59,926 bases of DNA. Origin: Escherichia coli (GTDB lineage Bacteria; Pseudomonadota; Gammaproteobacteria; Enterobacterales; Enterobacteriaceae). This document shows positions 21,717-31,661 of the stretch, one piece after another. The stretch lies in the NCBI RefSeq assembly GCF_003334765.1, contig NZ_QOWT01000024.1. One strand, 5' to 3'. Within the stretch, counting starts at the first letter, position 1. Each line of letters begins with the position of its first letter. The position numbers and the translations under genes were made by a program. The notes beneath the pieces are model-generated. The model searched no databases, was not told the origin of the DNA, and was given only the letters and a program-made list of their open reading frames with translations.

Positions 21717-23795
21717 TTAAATCAATGCCGATTTATCAATTCCCAGCCGCTTCATCCGTGACAGCAGGGTCGTGCGTTTCAGCCCCAGACGTTGCGCAGC
21801 GCCTTTAGGCCCGGCAACCACGCCGTTGGTTTCTTTCAGCACGCGCACAATCAACTGATATTCATCTTCGCCCTCCAGGGCGACAACCGTTGCGGCAGGC
21901 GGCGTTTCAGGTTCCGGTAAAACAATATCTGGCAATGACAGCTGCAGCACGTTACCGCGTGTTAGCAATACCGCGCGCTCAATGACGTTTTCCAGTTCGC
22001 GTACGTTACCCGGCCACTCCATGTTGCTCAAGGTGCGCAGCGTCTCGGCAGGAATGCTGTCGATATTGCGCCCCAGACGACGGGCAATTTTGAAGGTAAA
22101 GGCTTTCGCCAGCAGCGGAATATCTTCCGGACGCTCGCGTAGTGGCGGCAGGTGAATCGGGAATACGTTCAGGCGGTAATAGAGATCGCTACGGAACTCA
22201 CGGTCGGCGACCATTTTTTTCAGATCGCGGTTAGTCGCGGCGATTAGACGCACGTCCGTCTGAATGATTTTGTTGCTGCCGAGACGTTCAAACTCCTGTT
22301 CCTGCAATACACGCAGCAACTTCGGCTGTAACTCCAGTGGCATATCGCCCACTTCGTCGAGGAACAGGGAGCTTTTATCCGCCAGTTCAAAACGACCGAT
22401 ACGCTGGGCGCTGGCACCGGTAAAAGCCCCACGCTCATGACCAAACAGATCGCTTTCCAGCAATCCGGCAGGCATCGCCGCGCAGTTCATTTTGACCATG
22501 CGGCGATTATTACGCCCACTGAGATTATGGATCGCACGGGCAATCAGCTCTTTACCCGTGCCAGTTTCACCGAGGATCAGCACGGTACTGTCACTTTGCG
22601 CCACCATTTCAACTTGTTTAAGCACGCTGTACATGGCTTCGCTGCGGCCAATAATCTCGCCAAATTCACTATCAACATTGTTGAGCTGCTCGGTCAGGGC
22701 GAGGTTTTCATCAACCAGCCGTTCTTTCAGACGATGGATTTCCTGATAGGCGAGGGCGTTATCGACAGCGATTGCCACACGTTCGGCAATCTGGCGCAGT
22801 AAATTCAGATTGGTAGTGGTAAACACTTTCTCTTCGCATTGCGCCAGTTTCAGCACGCCCAGCATGGTGTCGCCAGACATCAGCGGTAACAGGCACAAGG
22901 TTTGAATCTGGTTGCCCCAGGTGTCGAACAACATGCGTTCATAGGGGGCTAAATCGTCCCGCTCGTGGAGATTGATCAGCAGCATCTCTTTACTTTTGAA
23001 CACGCGTTCGGTGAGGGTTCCGGCTTCATCGACTTCGCTCTGTTCGTGGGCGGGATGCTGTTTATCAAGATAGTGAGTGGAGTAGATGTTGAGTTTGTTT
23101 TTACGGTGGCTGCGTAAGACGATACTGATATCGTCAATGTCGAAATAGTAATGGATTTCTTTGGCGACTTCGCTGACCAGTTCGTCCATATCCAGGCGGG
23201 AAAGCACCGCGTTGGTGATGGCGACCAGGATGCGGAAGTTATCGCGTTCCCGGCATAACAACTCATAGTCGACATTGTTAACGACGCGGCTCTGGATTTG
23301 TTCGGTGACGACAGAAACGATCTGCGTAAATGTTTGCAGACGATTGAACTCTTTTTCGCTCCAGGGGCGATCGTCATAACGAATAAATTCACAGCCACCA
23401 AAAATATGCCCTTCCGCCGCCAGTGGCATCAGGCAATAGTGACCAAATTTTGGGTATAGCCCACCTGCGTCCAGCTGCGGCCAGGTTTCACAAAATTCTT
23501 CGTAACTGCAATGCAGCGTATCAGGGCGCGACAAAATGCTGCGTACCGGACCGTGTGCCAGAACAGTTTCGTCTTCATATTTAATGGGGGTGTCTTTTTC
23601 ACGCGACGCGTAATAAGACGCACGTTGAGTCTGCGCTTGCCACAACACAATAGCCGCGTTGTCGGCGAGCGCAGAACGCTTTACCAGTTGCGAAAGAGCC
23701 TCACACAGCGAGGCCAGATCGGGCTGCTGCAATAGTGTCCGAGTGATGTCGAACAACCCTTGTTGTCCGAGATCACTCATCGGTGTATATGACAT
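21717..23795 (-). CDS. fhlA: Formate hydrogenlyase transcriptional activator (sigma-54 dependent)
   Basis: ORF track 21717-23831; recognised N-terminus MSYTPMSDLGQQGLFD begins at the internal ATG at 23795, giving 692 aa; AAA+ sigma-54 activation domain with GETGTGKE and GAFTGA, C-terminal HTH. Confidence 0.95.
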   Translation of the reverse strand: MSYTPMSDLGQQGLFDITRTLLQQPDLASLCEALSQLVKRSALADNAAIVLWQAQTQRASYYASREKDTPIKYEDETVLAHGPVRSILSRPDTLHCSYEEFCETWPQLDAGGLYPKFGHYCLMPLAAEGHIFGGCEFIRYDDRPWSEKEFNRLQTFTQIVSVVTEQIQSRVVNNVDYELLCRERDNFRILVAITNAVLSRLDMDELVSEVAKEIHYYFDIDDISIVLRSHRKNKLNIYSTHYLDKQHPAHEQSEVDEAGTLTERVFKSKEMLLINLHERDDLAPYERMLFDTWGNQIQTLCLLPLMSGDTMLGVLKLAQCEEKVFTTTNLNLLRQIAERVAIAVDNALAYQEIHRLKERLVDENLALTEQLNNVDSEFGEIIGRSEAMYSVLKQVEMVAQSDSTVLILGETGTGKELIARAIHNLSGRNNRRMVKMNCAAMPAGLLESDLFGHERGAFTGASAQRIGRFELADKSSLFLDEVGDMPLELQPKLLRVLQEQEFERLGSNKIIQTDVRLIAATNRDLKKMVADREFRSDLYYRLNVFPIHLPPLRERPEDIPLLAKAFTFKIARRLGRNIDSIPAETLRTLSNMEWPGNVRELENVIERAVLLTRGNVLQLSLPDIVLPEPETPPAATVVALEGEDEYQLIVRVLKETNGVVAGPKGAAQRLGLKRTTLLSRMKRLGIDKSALI

Positions 23796-23868
23796 TTTGT
23801 TCTTCCAGGAAAGCACCGCAAAGCGGTGCAAAAGGTCATTGACTAACTATAGGAGATTTAGAATTTTA

Positions 23869-24879
23869 TTAGCATATACGCGGAAGCGGTTCGGCGTGTG
23901 GTAAATCGAGGGTTCGTTTCACGCCATACAGACCGGCAAGACGAACACCTTTACGTTCCACCACTTCACCAATCAGCGCCGCGTCTTTCCCCAGTGGATG
24001 GGAATGTAACGCTGCCAGCACTTGCTCTGCCGCGTTGCGTTCAACAGCTATTACTAGTTTGCCTTCGTTGGCAAAGTTCAGGGCGTCCAGTCCCAGCAAT
24101 TCGCAAACGCCACGCACGGCAGGTTTAACAGGCAGTGCCGCTTCTGAAAGTTCAATACCACAACCGCAGGCTGCCGCGAACTCATGAACCACCGCGTTTA
24201 CACCACCACGGGTGGCATCACGCAGCGCTTTCACGCCGGGAATGTCACGCAGCGTCTGAATAAGCGGCGTCAGCACCGCGCAGTCGCTGACCAGTTCGCC
24301 ATCCAGCCCCAGCTGCTCACGCAGGTTAAGGATAGTCGCCCCGTGGTCGCCGAGTGTACCGCTCACCAGCAATACATCGCCTGCGGTTAGCGTCTGTGCG
24401 CCCCAGTGAATATTCGCCGGAATTGCGCCCATGCCAGCGGTGTTGATAAACAGTTTATCTACCGCGCCGCGCTGCACCACTTTAGTATCGCCAGTAACGA
24501 TGGCAATGCCTGCCGCGCGGGCGGTTTCTGCCATGCTGGTCACTACGGCTTTCAGTGTCTCCATCGGCAATCCTTCTTCGAGGATAAAGCCACAGGAGAG
24601 ATAGCGCGGAATAGCGCCACTGACCGCAACGTCATTGGCTGTGCCGCAAATCGCCAGCTTGCCGATATTACCGCCAGGGAAGAACAGCGGGTCAATAACG
24701 TAACTGTCGGTGGAGAACGCCAGACGGTCGCCTTCCGCTACCAGCTGCGCCAGATCAAGACGTGCCTGATCTTCCTGCTCTGCCAGCCACGGGTTGGCAA
24801 AGGCTTCCATAAACAGGCTGTTGATTAATTGCTGCATCGCCTGGCCGCCGCTACCGTGGGCGAGTTGGATATTATTCAC
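23869..24879 (-). CDS. hypE: Hydrogenase maturation protein HypE
   Basis: 336 aa ORF ending in the C-terminal PRIC cysteine motif. Confidence 0.95.
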   Translation of the reverse strand: MNNIQLAHGSGGQAMQQLINSLFMEAFANPWLAEQEDQARLDLAQLVAEGDRLAFSTDSYVIDPLFFPGGNIGKLAICGTANDVAVSGAIPRYLSCGFILEEGLPMETLKAVVTSMAETARAAGIAIVTGDTKVVQRGAVDKLFINTAGMGAIPANIHWGAQTLTAGDVLLVSGTLGDHGATILNLREQLGLDGELVSDCAVLTPLIQTLRDIPGVKALRDATRGGVNAVVHEFAAACGCGIELSEAALPVKPAVRGVCELLGLDALNFANEGKLVIAVERNAAEQVLAALHSHPLGKDAALIGEVVERKGVRLAGLYGVKRTLDLPHAEPLPRIC

Positions 24880-25997
24880 GCTTCACTCTCCTGCTGACGA
24901 TACTGATACCACGCGGCGCACGCTCCTTCGGAGGAAACCATCAGCGCACCAAACGCGGTTTGAGGATTACAGGTGTTACCAAACAGCGGGCATTGATGCG
25001 GCTTACATTTGCCCGTTAATACCTCACCACAACGCGCGCGCGGGTCATCGCAGACCTGCTGCGGTGCCGGGCGGAAATGTGCTTCGGCATCGAATCGTTG
25101 ATAATCCGGCGTCAGGTGCACGCCAGAAGATTCAATCACGCCTAAGCCGCGCCATTCGCTGTCGCCGTTGACACAGAACACATCGGCAATCGCCTGTTGC
25201 GCCAGCAGGTTACCGGCATCCGGTACCACTCGACGATACTGATTCTCTACCTTGCTGTGGGCCGCTATTTTCTGCTGCACCAGCATGACCACGCCTTGTA
25301 GTAGATCAAGGGGTTCGAATCCAGCAACCACCAGCGGACGATGAAAATCGCTGGCGATAAAATTATAGGCGTCGGTGCCGATAACCATACTGACGTGACC
25401 CGGCGCGAGGAACGCATCGATACCGTTATCCGGCTGTTCCAGCAAACTGCGCAACGTCGGGATAAGCGTAATGTGCTGGCAGAAGAAGTAAAAATTCTGC
25501 ACATCACGCGCTTTCGCCTGTTGCAGAGTGATAGCGGTGGTCGGCATAGTGGTTTCAAAACCTAAGCCGAAGAACACCACTTTGCGGGTTGGATTCTCCT
25601 GCGCCAGTTTCAACGCATCCATCGGCGAGTAAACGATGCGCACATCGGCACCGCGTGCTTTTGCCTGCAACAGCGATCCCTGTTTCCCCGGCACGCGCAT
25701 GGCGTCGCCAAAGGTACAGAAGATGACTTCCGGATGGCTGGCAATCTCCACGCAGGTGTCGATTCTACCCATCGGCAGTACGCACACCGGGCACCCCGGA
25801 CCGTGGATAAACTCAACGTTTTCCGGCAGTAACTGGTCGAGGCCGAATTTAAAGATAGCGTGGGTATGACCGCCACACACTTCCATAATCCGCAGAGGGC
25901 GTTCGGCGGTGTAAGAGAGATGTGAAGCACGTTCGCGCAGATGCTCAATTAACTGCATCACCTGTTCCGGCGCGCGATATTCATCAACAAAACGCAT
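24876..25997 (-). CDS. hypD: Hydrogenase maturation protein HypD
   Basis: 373 aa ORF with conserved Cys motifs (CGGHTH, GPGCPVC). Confidence 0.95.
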   Translation of the reverse strand: MRFVDEYRAPEQVMQLIEHLRERASHLSYTAERPLRIMEVCGGHTHAIFKFGLDQLLPENVEFIHGPGCPVCVLPMGRIDTCVEIASHPEVIFCTFGDAMRVPGKQGSLLQAKARGADVRIVYSPMDALKLAQENPTRKVVFFGLGFETTMPTTAITLQQAKARDVQNFYFFCQHITLIPTLRSLLEQPDNGIDAFLAPGHVSMVIGTDAYNFIASDFHRPLVVAGFEPLDLLQGVVMLVQQKIAAHSKVENQYRRVVPDAGNLLAQQAIADVFCVNGDSEWRGLGVIESSGVHLTPDYQRFDAEAHFRPAPQQVCDDPRARCGEVLTGKCKPHQCPLFGNTCNPQTAFGALMVSSEGACAAWYQYRQQESEA

Positions 25998-26269
25998 TAT
26001 TTTTCCTCGCCATACAACAGCGCGCCGACATCCGGCTCAACGTCAAACATGTTTTGTAAGGCGTCGAGAGTGTCGCGTGCTTCGGCTTCATTAATTACGC
26101 TCATGGCAAAGCCAACGTGTACCAGTACCCACTGGCCCACGCGCGGCTGACCGTTTTCATCGCAGCTGCCGACTAACGTTAAATCGACATCGCGCTGAAT
26201 GCCGCAGACGTCGACTTTCGCCTGGTTGCCGTCAATGGTGCGGATCTGGCCGGGAACGCCTATGCACAT
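25997..26269 (-). CDS. hypC: Hydrogenase maturation chaperone HypC
   Basis: ORF track extends to 26296; the true N-terminus MCIGVPGQI begins at the internal ATG at 26269, giving 90 aa. Confidence 0.9.
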   Translation of the reverse strand: MCIGVPGQIRTIDGNQAKVDVCGIQRDVDLTLVGSCDENGQPRVGQWVLVHVGFAMSVINEAEARDTLDALQNMFDVEPDVGALLYGEEK

Positions 26270-27132
26270 CGCTGTGTCTCCAGCCAGTTCAGCCACTGGT
26301 CCATCCCTTCGCCGCTGGTGGCGGAAATAAGGATGATTTCAATTTCTGGATTGACTTCGCGGGCGCAGGCGATGCACTTTTCAACGTCAAAGTTGAGATA
26401 CGGCAACAGGTCAACTTTGTTGAGCAGCATCAGCGAGGCGGCGGCAAACATATGCGGATATTTCAGCGGTTTGTCTTCACCTTCGGTAACGGAAAGCACC
26501 GCCACTTTGTGTTTTTCACCGAGATCGAAGCTGGCCGGGCATACGAGGTTGCCAACGTTTTCGATAAACAGAATACCGTTATCGTCCAGTGGCAGACGCG
26601 GTGCGGCGTCGGCAATCATCTGTGCGTCAAGATGGCAGCCTTTACCGGTGTTCACCTGAATCGCTGGTGTGCCGGTAGCGCGAATGCGTGCGGCATCGTT
26701 CACGGTTTGCTGGTCGCCTTCAATAACTGCGCACGGAACGCTGTCTTTCAGGCGCATTAGGGTTTCCGTCAGCAGGGTGGTTTTACCGGAACCAGGGCTG
26801 GAAACCAGGTTGAGCACCAGTTGCTTGCGGGCAGCAAAGCGCGCGCGGTTGCGTTCAGCCAGACGGTTATTTTTGTCCAGCACGTCAATTTCGACTTCCA
26901 GCATCCGACGCTGGCTCATGCCCGGTGCGTGAGTGCCCGCTTCGCCATGACCGTAATGCAGGTCGCCTTCTTCAGTCTGGCTGGGGGTAAATTCAGGCGC
27001 TTTAATGCCGGTGATTTTCATCTTCGGGCGTGCCGCCGGGGCAAATGGCGCGCTACGAAACGCGGAATGAGGGTTATGTTCATCACCCTCGATATACAGG
27101 TTGCCTTCACCGCAACCGCATGTTGTACACAT
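26260..27132 (-). CDS. hypB: Hydrogenase nickel-incorporation GTPase HypB
   Basis: 290 aa ORF, N-terminal [10 protein letters not shown] metal-binding motif, GTPase P-loop GSGKTT. Confidence 0.95.
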   Translation of the reverse strand: MCTTCGCGEGNLYIEGDEHNPHSAFRSAPFAPAARPKMKITGIKAPEFTPSQTEEGDLHYGHGEAGTHAPGMSQRRMLEVEIDVLDKNNRLAERNRARFAARKQLVLNLVSSPGSGKTTLLTETLMRLKDSVPCAVIEGDQQTVNDAARIRATGTPAIQVNTGKGCHLDAQMIADAAPRLPLDDNGILFIENVGNLVCPASFDLGEKHKVAVLSVTEGEDKPLKYPHMFAAASLMLLNKVDLLPYLNFDVEKCIACAREVNPEIEIILISATSGEGMDQWLNWLETQRCA

Positions 27133-27135
27133 CGC

Positions 27136-27486
27136 TCACTCCTGGTCTATTTCTATCCGCCGAATCTGTAAACCGTCGTCTGCCACAATCTGCAGCATGT
27201 CACCATGACACTGTGGACAGCGGCGGACGCGCTGGGTCAGTAGCGTCACATACTGTTGGCATGTTTCACACCAGCATTCGGCCTCTTGTTCTTCGAGGTG
27301 CAGTTTACAACCTTCCGCCACGCTGCCGCGGCAAACCAGATCAAAACAAAAGGCAAGAGAGCTGGTTTCGACACAAGAAAATGCGCCAATTTTGAGCCAG
27401 ACCCCAGTTACGCGTTTTGCGCCGTGTTTTGCGGCCTGCTGTTCGATCAATTCCAGTGCCCGTTGGCAGAGGGTTATTTCGTGCAT
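27136..27486 (-). CDS. hypA: Hydrogenase nickel-insertion protein HypA
   Basis: ORF track extends to 27498; N-terminus MHEITLCQ begins at the internal ATG at 27486, giving 116 aa; zinc-binding CxxC pairs. Confidence 0.9.
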   Translation of the reverse strand: MHEITLCQRALELIEQQAAKHGAKRVTGVWLKIGAFSCVETSSLAFCFDLVCRGSVAEGCKLHLEEQEAECWCETCQQYVTLLTQRVRRCPQCHGDMLQIVADDGLQIRRIEIDQE

Positions 27487-27517
27487 ATCGCCTCCCATTA
27501 ACTATTGCCAGCTACAA

Positions 27518-27532
27518 GCAATAATTGTGCCA
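27518..27532 (-). promoter_or_regulatory. Sigma-54 (-24/-12) promoter of the hyp operon
   Basis: Plus strand GCAATAATTGTGCCA, reverse complement TGGCACAATTATTGC; about 30 bp upstream of hypA ATG on the minus strand. Confidence 0.7.
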
Positions 27533-27559
27533 GTGTTGATTATCCCTGCGGTGAATAAT

Positions 27560-27605
27560 GTCGATGATGTCGAAATGACACGTCGACACGGCGACGAAAT
27601 TCATC
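27560..27605. promoter_or_regulatory. Putative FhlA upstream activating sequence (hypA-hycA intergenic)
   Basis: TGTCGATGATGTCGAAATGACA ... CGACGAAATTCAT; the same motif recurs in the hycA-hycB intergenic region. Confidence 0.6.
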
Positions 27606-27645
27606 TTTAGCTTAAAAATCTCTTTAATAACAATAAATTAAAAGT

Positions 27646-27661
27646 TGGCACAAAAAATGCT
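27646..27661 (+). promoter_or_regulatory. Sigma-54 (-24/-12) promoter of the hyc operon
   Basis: TGGCAC-N6-TGCT, matching the TGGCAC-N5-TTGC class with correct GG to GC spacing; about 40 bp upstream of hycA ATG. Confidence 0.75.
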
Positions 27662-27697
27662 TAAAGCTGGCATCTCTGTTAAACGGGTAACCTGACA

Positions 27698-28159
27698 ATG
27701 ACTATTTGGGAAATAAGCGAGAAAGCCGATTACATCGCACAGCGGCATCGTCGCCTACAGGACCAGTGGCACATCTACTGCAATTCGCTGGTTCAGGGGA
27801 TCACGTTATCGAAAGCGCGCCTGCATCACGCCATGAGCTGCGCGCCGGACAAAGAACTCTGTTTCGTCCTTTTTGAACATTTTCGCATTTACGTCACCCT
27901 GGCGGATGGCTTTAACAGCCACACCATCGAGTATTACGTCGAAACAAAAGATGGCGAAGACAAACAGCGGATTGCGCAGGCGCAACTGAGCATTGACGGC
28001 ATGATTGATGGCAAGGTCAACATCCGCGATCGCGAACAGGTTCTGGAACACTATCTCGAAAAAATCGCTGGCGTTTACGACAGCTTATACACCGCTATTG
28101 AAAACAATGTGCCGGTGAATTTAAGCCAACTGGTAAAGGGACAAAGCCCGGCAGCATGA
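27698..28159 (+). CDS. hycA: Formate hydrogenlyase regulatory protein HycA
   Basis: 153 aa ORF, first gene of the hyc operon, divergent from hypA. Confidence 0.9.
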   Translation: MTIWEISEKADYIAQRHRRLQDQWHIYCNSLVQGITLSKARLHHAMSCAPDKELCFVLFEHFRIYVTLADGFNSHTIEYYVETKDGEDKQRIAQAQLSIDGMIDGKVNIRDREQVLEHYLEKIAGVYDSLYTAIENNVPVNLSQLVKGQSPAA

Positions 28160-28207
28160 GCTGAGGCTTTGCCCGTTTTGCAGGCGTTACGCCTGTTTGG
28201 GGATGGG

Positions 28208-28264
28208 CGTGTCGATGAGTGTCGAAAATGACATTTCATCGGCATGTTTTCGTCAAAAATGACA
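28208..28264. promoter_or_regulatory. Putative FhlA upstream activating sequence (hycA-hycB intergenic)
   Basis: GTGTCGATGAGTGTCGAAAATGACA ... TTCGTCAAAAATGACA, paralogous to 27560-27605. Confidence 0.6.
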
Positions 28265-28283
28265 ATCACCTGAGGAATGCCTG

Positions 28284-28895
28284 GTGAATCGTTTTGTAAT
28301 TGCTGACTCCACGCTCTGTATCGGCTGCCACACTTGTGAGGCCGCCTGTTCAGAGACGCATCGCCAGCACGGCCTGCAATCAATGCCGCGCCTGAGAGTG
28401 ATGCTGAATGAAAAAGAATCTGCGCCGCAGCTCTGTCACCACTGTGAAGATGCACCCTGCGCGGTGGTCTGCCCGGTTAACGCCATCACCCGCGTCGATG
28501 GGGCCGTGCAGTTGAATGAAAGCCTGTGCGTAAGCTGCAAGCTGTGCGGCATCGCCTGCCCGTTTGGCGCAATTGAATTTTCCGGCAGCCGTCCGCTGGA
28601 TATTCCGGCAAACGCCAATACCCCGAAAGCGCCACCGGCACCGCCTGCTCCGGCGCGTGTCAGCACATTGCTTGACTGGGTGCCAGGTATTCGCGCGATC
28701 GCCGTCAAATGTGACCTTTGTAGCTTTGATGAACAAGGTCCGGCCTGCGTGCGGATGTGCCCGACTAAAGCCCTGCATCTGGTGGATAACACCGATATCG
28801 CCCGCGTCAGCAAACGTAAGCGTGAGCTGACCTTTAACACGGACTTTGGCGATCTCACCTTGTTTCAGCAGGCTCAAAGTGGAGAGGCTAAATGA
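28284..28895 (+). CDS. hycB: Formate hydrogenlyase subunit 2 (4Fe-4S ferredoxin-type)
   Basis: 203 aa ORF with several CxxCxxCxxxCP clusters. Confidence 0.95.
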   Translation: MNRFVIADSTLCIGCHTCEAACSETHRQHGLQSMPRLRVMLNEKESAPQLCHHCEDAPCAVVCPVNAITRVDGAVQLNESLCVSCKLCGIACPFGAIEFSGSRPLDIPANANTPKAPPAPPAPARVSTLLDWVPGIRAIAVKCDLCSFDEQGPACVRMCPTKALHLVDNTDIARVSKRKRELTFNTDFGDLTLFQQAQSGEAK

Positions 28896-30718
28896 GCGCA
28901 ATTTCCCTGATCAATAGCGGCGTGGCGTGGTTTGTCGCCGCCGCTGTTCTGGCATTTCTCTTTTCTTTTCAAAAAGCGTTAAGTGGCTGGATAGCTGGAA
29001 TTGGCGGCGCGGTTGGTAGTCTGTATACGGCAGCCGCGGGCTTCACTGTACTGACTGGCGCGGTTGGCGTGAGCGGTGCGCTGTCGCTGGTAAGCTACGA
29101 TGTGCAAATCTCTCCGCTTAACGCGATTTGGCTGATTACGCTCGGTCTGTGCGGTCTGTTTGTCAGCCTCTACAACATTGACTGGCATCGCCACGCGCAG
29201 GTGAAGTGCAACGGCTTGCAGATCAATATGTTGATGGCTGCCGCCGTCTGCGCCGTCATTGCCAGCAACCTCGGCATGTTCGTGGTAATGGCCGAAATCA
29301 TGGCCCTGTGCGCGGTGTTCCTCACCAGCAACAGCAAAGAGGGCAAACTGTGGTTTGCGCTGGGGCGTCTTGGCACTCTGCTGCTGGCGATTGCTTGCTG
29401 GCTGCTGTGGCAGCGTTACGGCACGCTGGATCTGCGCCTGCTGGATATGCGTATGCAACAGCTGCCGCTCGGTTCCGATATCTGGCTGCTCGGAGTGATT
29501 GGCTTTGGCCTGCTGGCCGGGATTATTCCGCTGCACGGCTGGGTGCCGCAGGCACATGCGAACGCCTCTGCGCCAGCTGCCGCGTTGTTTTCTACGGTAG
29601 TCATGAAAATTGGCCTGCTGGGCATTTTAACCCTGTCACTGCTGGGCGGTAATGCACCGCTGTGGTGGGGGATCGCGCTGCTGGTGCTCGGCATGATCAC
29701 CGCGTTTGTCGGTGGTCTGTATGCGCTGGTGGAGCACAACATCCAGCGCCTGCTGGCTTACCACACCCTGGAAAATATCGGCATCATCCTGCTGGGGCTG
29801 GGCGCTGGCGTAACGGGTATCGCGCTCGAACAACCGGCGCTGATTGCTCTTGGCCTGGTCGGTGGTCTGTACCATCTGCTTAACCATAGCCTGTTCAAAA
29901 GCGTACTGTTCCTCGGGGCGGGGAGCGTCTGGTTCCGTACCGGTCATCGCGATATCGAAAAACTCGGTGGTATTGGCAAGAAAATGCCGGTTATCTCCAT
30001 CGCCATGTTAGTCGGGCTGATGGCAATGGCTGCGCTGCCGCCGCTGAATGGTTTTGCCGGGGAATGGGTTATCTATCAATCATTTTTCAAACTGAGCAAT
30101 AGTGGCGCGTTTGTTGCCCGTCTGCTGGGGCCGCTGCTCGCTGTGGGGCTGGCAATTACCGGTGCGCTGGCGGTGATGTGTATGGCGAAAGTCTATGGCG
30201 TCACGTTCCTCGGCGCGCCGCGCACCAAAGAAGCCGAAAACGCCACCTGTGCGCCGCTCCTGATGAGCGTAAGCGTAGTGGCACTGGCGATTTGCTGCGT
30301 AATTGGCGGTGTTGCTGCGCCGTGGCTACTGCCGATGCTCTCTGCTGCTGTACCCCTGCCGCTGGAGCCTGCTAACACCACCGTTTCTCAACCGATGATC
30401 ACGTTGCTGCTGATTGCCTGCCCGCTGCTGCCATTCATCATTATGGCGATTTGCAAAGGCGATCGTTTGCCATCGCGTTCCCGCGGTGCGGCCTGGGTGT
30501 GCGGTTACGACCACGAAAAATCAATGGTGATTACCGCTCACGGTTTTGCCATGCCGGTGAAACAGGCGTTTGCGCCGGTGCTGAAACTACGCAAATGGCT
30601 GAATCCGGTGTCTCTGGTGCCGGGCTGGCAGTGCGAGGGGAGTGCGTTGCTGTTCCGCCGGATGGCGCTGGTTGAACTGGCGGTACTGGTGGTGATTATT
30701 GTTTCACGAGGAGCCTGA
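28892..30718 (+). CDS. hycC: Formate hydrogenlyase subunit 3 (membrane antiporter-like)
   Basis: 608 aa polytopic membrane ORF, NuoL/N-like. Confidence 0.95.
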   Translation: MSAISLINSGVAWFVAAAVLAFLFSFQKALSGWIAGIGGAVGSLYTAAAGFTVLTGAVGVSGALSLVSYDVQISPLNAIWLITLGLCGLFVSLYNIDWHRHAQVKCNGLQINMLMAAAVCAVIASNLGMFVVMAEIMALCAVFLTSNSKEGKLWFALGRLGTLLLAIACWLLWQRYGTLDLRLLDMRMQQLPLGSDIWLLGVIGFGLLAGIIPLHGWVPQAHANASAPAAALFSTVVMKIGLLGILTLSLLGGNAPLWWGIALLVLGMITAFVGGLYALVEHNIQRLLAYHTLENIGIILLGLGAGVTGIALEQPALIALGLVGGLYHLLNHSLFKSVLFLGAGSVWFRTGHRDIEKLGGIGKKMPVISIAMLVGLMAMAALPPLNGFAGEWVIYQSFFKLSNSGAFVARLLGPLLAVGLAITGALAVMCMAKVYGVTFLGAPRTKEAENATCAPLLMSVSVVALAICCVIGGVAAPWLLPMLSAAVPLPLEPANTTVSQPMITLLLIACPLLPFIIMAICKGDRLPSRSRGAAWVCGYDHEKSMVITAHGFAMPVKQAFAPVLKLRKWLNPVSLVPGWQCEGSALLFRRMALVELAVLVVIIVSRGA

Positions 30719-30720
30719 GA

Positions 30721-31644
30721 ATGAGTGTTTTATATCCGTTAATTCAGGCGCTGGTGTTATTTGCCGTTGCGCCGCTGCTCTCCGGTATAACCCGCGTGGC
30801 GCGCGCCCGCTTGCATAACCGTCGCGGGCCGGGCGTGTTGCAGGAGTATCGCGACATTATCAAACTGCTGGGGCGTCAGAGCGTCGGCCCGGATGCCTCC
30901 GGCTGGGTGTTCCGCCTGACGCCGTATGTGATGGTGGGCGTCATGCTGACTATCGCTACTGCGCTGCCGGTGGTGACCGTCGGTTCTCCGCTGCCGCAAC
31001 TGGGTGATTTGATCACCTTACTGTATCTCTTTGCCATCGCGCGTTTCTTCTTTGCCATTTCTGGTCTGGATACCGGTAGCCCGTTTACCGCTATCGGCGC
31101 GAGCCGTGAAGCGATGCTTGGCGTGCTGGTCGAACCGATGCTGCTGCTTGGTCTGTGGGTTGCCGCACAGGTTGCCGGTTCCACCAACATCAGCAACATC
31201 ACCGACACCGTTTATCACTGGCCGCTGAGCCAGAGCATCCCGCTGGTACTGGCGCTTTGTGCCTGTGCGTTCGCCACCTTTATCGAAATGGGCAAACTGC
31301 CGTTCGACCTGGCGGAAGCCGAGCAGGAGCTGCAGGAAGGCCCGCTCTCTGAATACAGCGGCAGCGGCTTTGGCGTCATGAAATGGGGTATCAGCCTGAA
31401 ACAGCTGGTGGTGTTGCAGATGTTCGTCGGGGTGTTTATTCCGTGGGGACAAATGGAAACCTTCACCGCCGGTGGACTGCTGCTGGCGCTGGTGATTGCC
31501 ATCGTAAAACTGGTGGTCGGCGTCCTGGTTATCGCGCTGTTCGAAAACAGCATGGCCCGTCTGCGTCTTGATATTACTCCGCGCATTACCTGGGCTGGGT
31601 TTGGCTTTGCATTTTTAGCGTTCGTCTCCTTGCTGGCGGCGTGA
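30721..31644 (+). CDS. hycD: Formate hydrogenlyase subunit 4 (membrane, NuoH-like)
   Basis: 307 aa membrane ORF. Confidence 0.95.
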   Translation: MSVLYPLIQALVLFAVAPLLSGITRVARARLHNRRGPGVLQEYRDIIKLLGRQSVGPDASGWVFRLTPYVMVGVMLTIATALPVVTVGSPLPQLGDLITLLYLFAIARFFFAISGLDTGSPFTAIGASREAMLGVLVEPMLLLGLWVAAQVAGSTNISNITDTVYHWPLSQSIPLVLALCACAFATFIEMGKLPFDLAEAEQELQEGPLSEYSGSGFGVMKWGISLKQLVVLQMFVGVFIPWGQMETFTAGGLLLALVIAIVKLVVGVLVIALFENSMARLRLDITPRITWAGFGFAFLAFVSLLAA

Positions 31645-31661
31645 TTAAAGAGAGTTTGAGC

